NCBI GenBank assembly: GCA_003242895.1
Contig: QKMY01000020.1
Span: 2,965-66,964 of the forward strand
Reading direction: 5' to 3'
DNA length: 64,000 bases
Origin: Candidatus Margulisiibacteriota bacterium
GTDB taxonomy: Bacteria; Margulisbacteria; Riflemargulisbacteria; GWF2-39-127
Position 1 is the stretch's first letter. Each line of letters starts with the position of its first letter. Shown here piece after piece: positions 1 to 8,080 of this stretch. A program made the position numbers and the translations under genes. The notes under the pieces are model-generated. The model was not told the origin of the DNA and ran no database searches. It saw only the letters and a list, made by a program, of their open reading frames with translations.

Positions 1-296
1 GGGTTTTTTCTGCAATAATTGATAATATTCCCTACACAGTAACCATGGTTCCTCTAATAAACGAGTTGAAAGCAAGTATGGATGTATATCCCCTCTGGTG
101 GAGCCTTTCTCTCGGGGCATGCTTAGGTGGTAATGCCACCATCATCGGTGCTGCGGCAAATGTAATCATTGCTGAATCGGCTCATGCGTTCGGCTGTAAG
201 ATTTCTTTTTGGCGATTCCTGAAATACGGACTATTAATAACCTTTATTTCCTTTGTTATTAGTTCAATATTCTTATATATAAGATTTTTCCAATAA
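1..296 (+). CDS. ArsB/NhaD (IT superfamily) ion transporter, C-terminal part; 5' truncated by the window edge
   Basis: Frame is open from position 3: SAIIDNIPYTVTM...LWWSLSLGACLGGNATIIGAAANV, typical ArsB/NhaD/SLC13 motifs; hydrophobic. Confidence 0.85.
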   Translation, partial: VFSAIIDNIPYTVTMVPLINELKASMDVYPLWWSLSLGACLGGNATIIGAAANVIIAESAHAFGCKISFWRFLKYGLLITFISFVISSIFLYIRFFQ

Positions 297-466
297 CCAG
301 GAAATTAATAAAACAGCTTACCAGAAAATAGTTTTTGATATAAAACAAGTAATTCCAGCACCGCAAATACCAACACGGTCTAAAGAATAGCTCGTTAACA
401 GTAAGCTATTAGTCTTTATAGATGTTGTTTCTTATTGAAATACCAGATCGATTTATGGGTAAAGCA

Positions 467-1234
467 TTAATAAACAGGAATATTCTGTTTGAACATCTCG
501 GCAATAATATTCTCCATCGAGTATAGGCCAGCGGGCTGATTAACAAGCCATTTTGACGCAAATATTGCTCCCTGACCAAATACCGCACGATTAAAACTCT
601 CATGAACAAGGCGCATCGTTTGGTTGGGTAGTCCAAAAATGATTTCGTGACGGCCTACAATACCGCCAACTCGAATTGAATTAATATGTTCTTGTTCGCT
701 CAAGTTAAGTGCTTTAGCTATTTTCTTTGCTGTACCGGATACTTCTTTCTTTTCCCTGAAGTGTTCCTCAACGATTTCAATATCAGCATGCGGCGCAATT
801 TTCTGAAGAATTTGTCCAGCAATTAACAGCACATTAACCCCAAGAGTAATATTGGGAGAATATAAAACCGGTGTTTGTGAACTTAATGATTTAAGCAGAT
901 CAAGGTCTTGCTGTTCGTACTTCGAGATGGCTGATACAATCCTTGTTCCCTGGTAAGCTGCTGGGGCATAGGAATAGATCCCAGTGGAACTGGAGAAATC
1001 AATAATAAGATCGGTATGATTTTTTACGTAGAAATCCTCAGTAATATCATCTATGGAATAAATCTCTCCACGGTCGAATTCAAAGCCAAGTAATCGGCTG
1101 GCATATTTGTGATTATCAGTACGACTCTCGCGGATGACCCATGAAAGGTGAAACTCATCGCTTTTTAAGAATTCTCCGGCAACAAGTCTGCCTGTTTTTC
1201 CAAAACCAAATACTCCCACAGTTAGTTTTTTCAT
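467..1234 (-). CDS. Dihydrodipicolinate reductase (DapB)-like oxidoreductase, divergent paralogue
   Basis: Rossmann GFGKTG, IIDFS, YSPNITLGVN, SGTA, SIRVGGIVGRHEIIFG and HESFNRAVFGQGA; the canonical HHxxKxDAPSGTA is altered to HFREKKEVSGTA. Confidence 0.85.
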   Translation of the reverse strand: MKKLTVGVFGFGKTGRLVAGEFLKSDEFHLSWVIRESRTDNHKYASRLLGFEFDRGEIYSIDDITEDFYVKNHTDLIIDFSSSTGIYSYAPAAYQGTRIVSAISKYEQQDLDLLKSLSSQTPVLYSPNITLGVNVLLIAGQILQKIAPHADIEIVEEHFREKKEVSGTAKKIAKALNLSEQEHINSIRVGGIVGRHEIIFGLPNQTMRLVHESFNRAVFGQGAIFASKWLVNQPAGLYSMENIIAEMFKQNIPVY

Positions 1235-1282
1235 TTATGCTCTCCTCGAAAATTATATTGCTTCCCAGATATTAGCAAGCAT

Positions 1283-1328
1283 AAAAAAAGACCACTATCA
1301 AAACATAAAAATATGTTTTGATAGTGGC
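1283..1328 (-). terminator. Intrinsic terminator in the 5' leader of the DapB-like gene
   Basis: Minus strand CCACTATCAAAACATA-tttt-TATGTTTTGATAGTGG (16 bp perfect stem) followed by tcTTTTTTT, about 50 nt upstream of the ATG. Confidence 0.85.
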
Positions 1329-1384
1329 CCGCCTATCTTCTATTATCCTTCAGAGTTAATTTGTGGATGAACTCTGAACCCACT
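1323..1384 (-). ncRNA. Candidate riboswitch aptamer resembling the DUF1646 (Na+-I)/nhaA-I cation-sensing class
   Basis: AGTGG-G-TTCAGAGTT(loop)AACTCTGAA-GGATAATAGAAGATAGGCGGG-CCACT; P1 AGTGG/CCACT overlaps the terminator 5' arm. Class assignment is from recalled consensus only. Confidence 0.55.
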
Positions 1385-1387
1385 TTT

Positions 1388-1416
1388 ATGATATTTTACC
1401 GGATTGAATTTGTCAA
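1388..1416 (-). promoter_or_regulatory. Sigma70-type promoter for the DapB-like leader
   Basis: TTGACA (1416-1411), 17 bp spacer, TATCAT (1393-1388). Confidence 0.7.
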
Positions 1417-1584
1417 ATCCTGCGACTGACGAAATCAACATTAATAACCCTGGCTCAATTTACTTTTTTTATGAACTGCGTATAATGCGTGCCAGGGAGG
1501 TGATGACACCTGAACACCAATACTTTTTTAGTCCGTAACCCTTCCTACCGGGGTATCGTTTACTTTTATACGAGGAGGAACTTT

Positions 1585-2148
1585 ATGAAACAGCCTATTA
1601 TGCAATGTATGCTTTTATTTTTAGGAATATTCCTTATAACAGCCTGCACAAGACAGGCAAGTGTAAAAACAGTTGAGCCTAATGCTGCAGCGTTTATTAA
1701 TCCTGCAAACAAGAGCAAGGTAACTGGATTACTCTCGTTCAGACAGACGGACAATGGTGTTAGAATTAGCGGAACAATAACTGGGCTAACACCTGGGGTT
1801 CACGGTATCCACATCCATGAGTATGGCACCTGCAATGCAGATGCAAGTGCCGCGGGAGGTCATTTCAATCCAAACAAATCCCAGCATGGTTCTCCAGCTT
1901 CAAAGAGCAGACATGCCGGGGACCTTGGCAATATAACTGCTAACCAGAAAGGTGTCGCCTCAGTCAATACTATTGGCAAACACATCTCATTAGGAGGCAA
2001 TAATAACGTTATTGGGCGTGCCATCGTTATTCATGAACGGGCAGACGATTATATAACCCAACCCTCAGGTAACTCAGGAAAACCTATAGGTTGTGGAACT
2101 ATCGGAATAGCAAAACAACGAGAACAGTCCAATGCGAAAGCAAAATAA
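1585..2148 (+). CDS. sodC: Cu/Zn superoxide dismutase, probably a lipoprotein
   Basis: HGIHIHE, AGGHFNP, RHAGDLGNI, GRAIVIHERADD, GNSG...CG motifs; lipobox-like LITAC; GAGGAGG RBS. Confidence 0.95.
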   Translation: MKQPIMQCMLLFLGIFLITACTRQASVKTVEPNAAAFINPANKSKVTGLLSFRQTDNGVRISGTITGLTPGVHGIHIHEYGTCNADASAAGGHFNPNKSQHGSPASKSRHAGDLGNITANQKGVASVNTIGKHISLGGNNNVIGRAIVIHERADDYITQPSGNSGKPIGCGTIGIAKQREQSNAKAK

Positions 2149-2223
2149 AAAAGAGGACAGACCGCAGATTTTATTCTCATCAAAAGCTCAAAAGAACTCT
2201 CCGGGTTCAAAGCCTATAAGGGA

Positions 2224-2253
2224 TTGACAGAATTCGCACTCATTTATTATGAT
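2224..2253 (+). promoter_or_regulatory. Sigma70-type promoter giving a ~290 nt leader to the 2549 gene
   Basis: TTGACA, 18 bp spacer, TATGAT. Confidence 0.5.
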
Positions 2254-2548
2254 ATGAATGGGTCTGGTATATGCGTTGCAAAATGCTCCGAAAATTAAAC
2301 ATAATCGACTATCGGGACTCTACCAAAACTAAGCTTTGAGTCGCAGTTTTTTGTTTCTGTCACAACTAAAAAATCGTTACTATTATTTCTATAGAGCAAA
2401 AGGAGGTGTCACAATTAATAGCGTTTTTTAGCTCGGATACTGCAAGAAATAACAAAACAGCTAAAAAGCAATAAACGTATTGATTGTGACATCGTCAGTA
2501 GACAACGGACAATATTATTTGTTACGAGATTAAGCATGGAGGATAAAT

Positions 2549-3256
2549 ATGTATAGAAAAATTATTATAACAGCCTTAGTATTAACTTTTGCACTATCAA
2601 ACTATGGTTTCAGCGCAACAAGGACGTATCAGAAAGTTACCAGAAAAGCAGTCGAAATATTACCAAAAACGACAACAACAAAAACACCCTATCTTACTCA
2701 GGATATAAAAACAAATACTGCCCCCGCTAAACCACCGACAAAAGAAGAGCCTAAAAAAGAGGTAATACAAGAAGTTGCAGATGTTAAAGATCCAATTCCA
2801 GCACAACCAGTTGTAGTTAAGAGTGTTCGTGATCCATTGCCGGATTTTCAACTTGGACTCAGAATCGGCGCGATTGCTCCAGCATTTGGTATAATTGCGG
2901 ACGCTACTGTGCTTCCGGTTGTTTTATCTGATACTACAGCATTGTTTACTCGAATTAGTGTCGGTACTGCCCAAGATGGCAGTACTAGCTCGACGGTAGC
3001 TTATATCACTGAGCTCGTCAGGTTCAAGAAATCGAAAGACCCAATGGCGTTCTACGCAGGTGCTGGAATCAATCTTCCTTTTGCCTCCGGAGCAAATGCC
3101 GGGTATAACATTGTATTAGGAGTAGAAAGAAGTATATCGTTTTTAGATATGAAAAATGAAGCTGTCTTCCTGGAAACGGGACTAAACAGTTTTAAAGCAA
3201 AAAATGTCGAAAAATCGATGCTGAACTTCCTTGGCGGATATAAGTTTTCATTCTAA
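2549..3256 (+). CDS. Exported protein with a Pro/Thr/Lys-rich linker and probable C-terminal outer-membrane beta-barrel
   Basis: Signal peptide, low-complexity linker, amphipathic strands (FYAGAGINL, VFLETG), C-terminal GGYKFSF; GGAGG RBS. Confidence 0.6.
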   Translation: MYRKIIITALVLTFALSNYGFSATRTYQKVTRKAVEILPKTTTTKTPYLTQDIKTNTAPAKPPTKEEPKKEVIQEVADVKDPIPAQPVVVKSVRDPLPDFQLGLRIGAIAPAFGIIADATVLPVVLSDTTALFTRISVGTAQDGSTSSTVAYITELVRFKKSKDPMAFYAGAGINLPFASGANAGYNIVLGVERSISFLDMKNEAVFLETGLNSFKAKNVEKSMLNFLGGYKFSF

Positions 3257-3263
3257 CTTTCAT

Positions 3264-3300
3264 GAGGCACTGAGGACATTTCCCGGTGCCTCTATTTCTT
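3264..3300 (+). terminator. Intrinsic terminator
   Basis: GAGGCACTG...CGGTGCCTC stem followed by TATTTCTT, just after the 3256 stop. Confidence 0.65.
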
Positions 3301-3438
3301 ATCTGGCAGAAACGATTATCTTACATTGAAGTGCATCAAAAAACCTGCTTCTTCGCGGGCGGTTAGGACGTTTGCTTATTCACCCGGCAATTATTAGCTC
3401 ATTTTCTATTTCTGTAGTATATGTTACTATTATAATTC

Positions 3439-4185
3439 ATGAAAAAGCATAAAGTTATTAATTTCTCTGCATTTAGCAAAAAAGAAAATCTCTTGAGAGA
3501 ACTTCTGGCAACTTCTCCTTTCTCAAAAGCTGCCTATCAAAAAATAGACGAATTGACCAAAGAAGCTGATATTGACAATTTTCTTACCATTAAATTAAAA
3601 TCGGCAAGCATAGACTCCATAGACTTAATCGGCTTTATTATAGAATCTTATGGAAAAGTACCGGCATCTCTGTCTCTGACCGACTATCTTAATAACGAAA
3701 CCTATAGCTATTACCAAAAACACAGAGTTTACAAAATGGCGGAATTCTTTAAGCTTTCAGAGATTGCCGAGCCAAAAAAATCACCCCGTTATGAGCCGGG
3801 AAATGACATAAAAAAAACCAGTTTGCTCGAAATGCTCGATATCTCAGAACAAGGAGATATGCAAGCTGCCAGCGTCGTCAATACTCTTCTCGATTCTGCA
3901 AAGGCCCAAATACTGGACATGATCGACTATATTGGTAATTTCGACGATCCCCGAACTTTTAATCTATTAAAATTTTTTGGGGTTGATTCAGATAATGATA
4001 TAAAAATATCTGCGATTTCGCAGCTGGGCTTTATTAAAAACAAACAATCATTAGCCTATTTAGCTAACTTTTTAGAGACTTCCGGTGACAATAAGGACAT
4101 TGAGTTAGCTTGTATACAGTCTTTGCAGAAAATTGTTTATTCAAGGGAAATAGACCTCTCTTCGGTTACCCCCTACCTCGAATAG
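3439..4185 (+). CDS. Hypothetical protein with C-terminal HEAT-like repeats
   Basis: 248 aa ORF; DIKISAISQLGFIKNKQSLAYLANFL and ELACIQSLQKI resemble HEAT/PBS repeats. Confidence 0.55.
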   Translation: MKKHKVINFSAFSKKENLLRELLATSPFSKAAYQKIDELTKEADIDNFLTIKLKSASIDSIDLIGFIIESYGKVPASLSLTDYLNNETYSYYQKHRVYKMAEFFKLSEIAEPKKSPRYEPGNDIKKTSLLEMLDISEQGDMQAASVVNTLLDSAKAQILDMIDYIGNFDDPRTFNLLKFFGVDSDNDIKISAISQLGFIKNKQSLAYLANFLETSGDNKDIELACIQSLQKIVYSREIDLSSVTPYLE

Positions 4186-4630
4186 CTCTTTCTATCTCCT
4201 TATCGCTATCTTTCTTTTTCATATCTTCGCGTTTATCATAGAGCTTCTTAGCTTTGCAAAGTGCAAGGTCTACTTTTACTTTGTTCCCTTTCCAGTGTAG
4301 ATTGAGAGGAATAAGCGTAAGTCCTTTTTCTTTAATTTTCCCAAATAATTTTCTTATTTCGTTACTATGAAGAAGCAACTTTCTTTCTCTTGCCGGAGGT
4401 GGATTAAACATGTTTCCCTGTTCATAAGGATTAACATGCATGTTAGTAATCCAGACTTCGCCATTCACTACCCGGGCGAAACTATCGTTAAGGTTCACCT
4501 GATGATGCCGAATGGACTTTACCTCAGTTCCAGAAAGTACAATACCGGCTTCGTACGTCTCAATTATCGAATAATTAAACCGGGCTTTACGATTATCAGT
4601 AATAAGATACGGTGTTTTCTTGTCGTTCAT
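4166..4630 (-). CDS. smpB: SsrA-binding protein SmpB (start placed at MNDKK)
   Basis: NRKARFNY, EAGIVLSGTEVKSIR, RERKLLLH, KKLYDKRE motifs. Confidence 0.97.
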   Translation of the reverse strand: MNDKKTPYLITDNRKARFNYSIIETYEAGIVLSGTEVKSIRHHQVNLNDSFARVVNGEVWITNMHVNPYEQGNMFNPPPARERKLLLHSNEIRKLFGKIKEKGLTLIPLNLHWKGNKVKVDLALCKAKKLYDKREDMKKKDSDKEIERAIRGRG

Positions 4631-4705
4631 ATACACTCTACCATGCCAGGGAAATTGTCTGGTCTTAATACATTGTATCCCAACTATACTACTATACATC
4701 AAAAA

Positions 4706-4735
4706 TTGACAATATCATTTTAAAAATGCTACTAT
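4706..4735 (+). promoter_or_regulatory. Sigma70-type promoter with extended -10
   Basis: TTGACA, 18 bp spacer, TGcTACTAT upstream of the lipoprotein start at 4762. Confidence 0.5.
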
Positions 4736-4761
4736 TCTTTATAGTTCAGAGGAAACCGGAC

Positions 4762-5334
4762 ATGAAAAAATATCTATCAATCTTAATTAGCCTACTAATC
4801 AGCATATTATTATTACTGTCGCTCTCATCTTGCTCTAACGTACAAAGCCAGGTAACTCCCAGGTTGCAAGGGTTTGACCAGATACCTGCACAGGTAGATC
4901 TGCTTGCTGATGACGGCAAATTTGTAAAAACCGAACTTCCGGCTGTGAATATAAAGGCCGAGGTGAATACGCCTTCTAATCCTTTAAGCATAATACGGAC
5001 AGAGAACCTCCCGGGAATAACAATAACCTCATACAAAGTCAAACTCTCCTACCAGAATACAACACTTTCTTCCACACCAATCCCCGAATACTCAACAAAA
5101 ACTACAGTATATATTAAACCAAATGAGACCGTAAAGTTTTCTTTTCCATTCTTCAATGACCAACAGTGGAAATTGATCCTAAATACTTATGCTGTAAACA
5201 ACCTGTCAGATCAGAGTGTTTATAGTTGGTTTATCGGGGTAAATGCTTCTATAACATTCTATGGACATGACGATGCCGGAAATGACTTTGAGATCCCAGG
5301 GTCATTTACTGCATCCTTTGGAAATATATACTAA
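4762..5334 (+). CDS. Hypothetical lipoprotein
   Basis: MKK plus hydrophobic stretch and lipobox LSSC; AGAGGA RBS; beta-rich mature part. Confidence 0.7.
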   Translation: MKKYLSILISLLISILLLLSLSSCSNVQSQVTPRLQGFDQIPAQVDLLADDGKFVKTELPAVNIKAEVNTPSNPLSIIRTENLPGITITSYKVKLSYQNTTLSSTPIPEYSTKTTVYIKPNETVKFSFPFFNDQQWKLILNTYAVNNLSDQSVYSWFIGVNASITFYGHDDAGNDFEIPGSFTASFGNIY

Positions 5335-5515
5335 TTAGCTCTGTCTCCGAAAAAATCTCAACAATAACAAACTCGAGTAAACGCCTCTTAGATTTCATAT
5401 CCGACAAGCATCCGAACTACATCCATGATATAATAACAAATGGATCAAATGCCTTGTATAGCTTAGCGTAGACGAAAATACGATAGCTATGGGCCTGATT
5501 ATATAATAAGGGGCA

Positions 5516-5830
5516 ATGGAGCTAGTAATGGACATATATTATTTTATGATACAAGCTGAACCATTAGATTGTAATACTGAAAAAGCACAACATTTAGGGG
5601 CATACGTGAATTGCTGGGTAAAAGCTGAGAATAGTGATAGCGCAATTGAACAGGCCTGCGGATATATTAATAATGAAGAATGGAAGCCGCTTAAAGTTGA
5701 AGAACACTTTATTCCAGAGAGAGCCGAGTACTTAGAACAAGGGCTTGAAGCCTCTTTAAAATGCTATGATCAGGCGGTTGAAGAAGGCATTAGTGGAATA
5801 TTTTACTGTTACACTGAAGAAGACTGCTAA
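5516..5830 (+). CDS. Small acidic hypothetical protein
   Basis: 104 aa ORF with AAGGGG upstream; Glu/Cys/aromatic-rich. Confidence 0.65.
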   Translation: MELVMDIYYFMIQAEPLDCNTEKAQHLGAYVNCWVKAENSDSAIEQACGYINNEEWKPLKVEEHFIPERAEYLEQGLEASLKCYDQAVEEGISGIFYCYTEEDC

Positions 5831-5840
5831 TTTCAATACC

Positions 5841-7175
5841 TTACCTGGCGGCAGCTGAAGCTAGATTTGATGCGCCAGGAGAATAATTCAAATAGTTGTC
5901 TACCGCTATAACATAGAAGCTGTAGACTTGGCCTGAATTTAACCCGGTTATTATATAAGGACCTGCCTTTATCACGGTTTCATCTCTTAGGAGCTGATAC
6001 GTACCACCTATCAAACAATACAATCGATATCCTGCAAGGTCCCTCTCGGAGTTCCCATTCCAGGATAAAATAATTGAGCCTGTATCTATTCCGGTTCCAG
6101 CAGAAAGTCCAGTAACATTAACAGGCGACTGATTATTAGTATAATAACGCTGACACATCACGCTCTCGTTACCGGAAAAATCATACGAACTTATCCGATA
6201 CCAATAATCACTGTTTGGTGCTGTCGTGGCATCTAAATAGGAAGTGTGTCCAGTTTTTCCAATATAATGGTACACCCCTTCATAATTGGAATCACCATCT
6301 GCTCTGTAGACCTTATATCCGGCAATATCAGTCTCTCCGTTTTCAGCCCAGGATAGCATCATAGTTGAATTAACCGGGCTATATCCGCGAACCCCCAAAC
6401 TTGCAGGAATTGCTGGAGCAATATTATCTAAGGAACTTACGGTCCCTGATTGTAAGGACTCTTTTCCATCTTTCGAGATAGCTGTGATCTTATACCAATA
6501 CTGAACTCCAATCCCCCGGTCAGTATAGGTCGTAGTGTTCGCTGACACTTCTTGATACCGAGTATTGAATGGCCCGGCCTCTGCTATTGACCGATATATT
6601 CTATAGCCGGACAAATTATTCCCTATCGCACTTCCATCCATGTAGGTTGTAACAGCGTTCCAGGTAAGAATAATTTCGGCTATCTGGGTGTTAACATAAA
6701 TGCCGGCAGGAATTGCAGGAGTAATCGTCGGATCAACGGTAACCGGCTGCTGATATGCACCAGAATTGTTGTTCTGGTTATTATTATTGTTATTATTCTG
6801 GGTTACATTGCTTGTCGGGTAATTGATATAAAATAGCCAGGAATATCCGGACTCATCAGTACCGTCACTCACTTTTGCTGTAATTGATATAATATCGCTA
6901 TTTCCAGTGAAGTTAGGCGCCGTCCAACTTACAGACGTTGTATTCGTTGCCGAAAGCATTCCCGCTGAGCATTCCCATAAGTAAGTAAGGCTATCGCCAT
7001 TAGCATCAGTGGCGGCAAAATTCAATGAGACCCCCTGTCCATCAATAACGTAGAGATTTGGTTTGGCAACACTAATTATTATCGGAGCGGTATTTCCTGA
7101 GCTTTTTGTTATTTGACCGCAACCAGTTACCGTTAACAACAGAATCGCACATAAAAGATACCAGTATAACTTCAT
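5841..7175 (-). CDS. Lipoprotein with an Ig/PKD-like domain and three fibronectin type III repeats
   Basis: Lipobox VTGC; ATDANGDSLTYLW; repeated L(T/S)W...GY(R/K)(I/V/L)Y...YxYx(I/V) FN3 pattern; Asn-rich linker. Confidence 0.85.
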   Translation of the reverse strand: MKLYWYLLCAILLLTVTGCGQITKSSGNTAPIIISVAKPNLYVIDGQGVSLNFAATDANGDSLTYLWECSAGMLSATNTTSVSWTAPNFTGNSDIISITAKVSDGTDESGYSWLFYINYPTSNVTQNNNNNNNQNNNSGAYQQPVTVDPTITPAIPAGIYVNTQIAEIILTWNAVTTYMDGSAIGNNLSGYRIYRSIAEAGPFNTRYQEVSANTTTYTDRGIGVQYWYKITAISKDGKESLQSGTVSSLDNIAPAIPASLGVRGYSPVNSTMMLSWAENGETDIAGYKVYRADGDSNYEGVYHYIGKTGHTSYLDATTAPNSDYWYRISSYDFSGNESVMCQRYYTNNQSPVNVTGLSAGTGIDTGSIILSWNGNSERDLAGYRLYCLIGGTYQLLRDETVIKAGPYIITGLNSGQVYSFYVIAVDNYLNYSPGASNLASAAAR

Positions 7176-7308
7176 ATACTATCCTTTTTTGCATCAGATA
7201 ATAGAATATAATTGGGATGAACGCCCTTTTCTCTTAATCATAACAAAAGTAAAAATATTAATCAAATAATATGAATGGGTGAGCCAATTCGATGCGTTAG
7301 CGAAGGCT

Positions 7309-8076
7309 CTACAAAGGATTTATTTTTCCGCAGACATTATCAGGAATCCAGCCGTTAAAACCATTATCAAGCGTTATTCTCGTCCAGCCGGAATTGGTTT
7401 CTTTGACAATCGAAAACTTAAATCCTTCATGGACCACGAAAAGTGTCTGGAAGCTCTCGCCCGGACCGCTTCGAACGTCCACTTTTTCTGTAAGGACTAT
7501 TCCTCGAAGTATATCTGAATAACTGACGTATTTAAAAGAAAACCAGAGACTTGAGAGAATAAATAACGGAATAATGGCATAATAGTAAGTCAATTGTACT
7601 CTATGGTTATTCCGATTATTGATAAACACCAGAGCACCCACTAAAAAACTGATTGCCGCCAGCCAGAAAACCCATGAGACTTCATTCATACTGAAATACG
7701 CTAGCGTTGTTCGAAGCAACATAGTACCGAATGAATTCGTCGGTTCAACCTTATCTATTACTTTGCTCTGAGCAATCAGCAGATTATCTTTAATATCCTT
7801 GTCCCTAGGTGCGAGCAGCAACGCCTTTTCATAATAAAGGATCGATTTCCCTATATTTCCTTGTTTATAAAAAGTATTACCGAGATTATAAAACAAACCT
7901 GCATTCTTGATACCGTAGTTATCTGCCAATTCAAGGTATAATTGTCCCGCCTTGCCATAATCCTGACTTTTGTAATAATCATTCGCAGTTTTAAACGTGG
8001 CAGTTGCATCGGCAAATACACAATTGGTTGCAGTAACCATCAAAAACAGAATAAAAAGAAAAGAGAACTTTTTCAT
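7309..8076 (-). CDS. batE: BatE-like TPR, transmembrane and SH3b protein
   Basis: FYNLGNTFYKQGNIGKSILYYEKALLLAPRD TPR; two TM helices; VRSGPG...GWIP SH3b; position in operon. Confidence 0.85.
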   Translation of the reverse strand: MKKFSFLFILFLMVTATNCVFADATATFKTANDYYKSQDYGKAGQLYLELADNYGIKNAGLFYNLGNTFYKQGNIGKSILYYEKALLLAPRDKDIKDNLLIAQSKVIDKVEPTNSFGTMLLRTTLAYFSMNEVSWVFWLAAISFLVGALVFINNRNNHRVQLTYYYAIIPLFILSSLWFSFKYVSYSDILRGIVLTEKVDVRSGPGESFQTLFVVHEGFKFSIVKETNSGWTRITLDNGFNGWIPDNVCGKINPL

Positions 8077-8080
8077 AACA

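Noticed and set aside
1283-1470. Lysine riboswitch upstream of the DapB-like gene
   Set aside because: GAAGATAG resembles its 5' end, but the promoter-to-terminator space is only about 60 nt and the AGAGGUGC, kink-turn and P2-P5 elements are absent
1495-1560. Fluoride riboswitch upstream of sodC
   Set aside because: TGATGACACCT resembles the 3' part, but the 5' GGNGAUGGNGUUC element is missing and the gene context does not fit
4166-5500. tmRNA (ssrA) near smpB
   Set aside because: No GGGG(C/A)TG 5' end or TCCACCA 3' tRNA-like end was found in the flanking intergenic regions
6765-6800. AAT/AAC triplet runs as a tandem repeat or contingency locus
   Set aside because: In-frame, imperfect, Asn-rich linker of the FN3 lipoprotein; similar low-complexity linkers occur in BatC and FmdB
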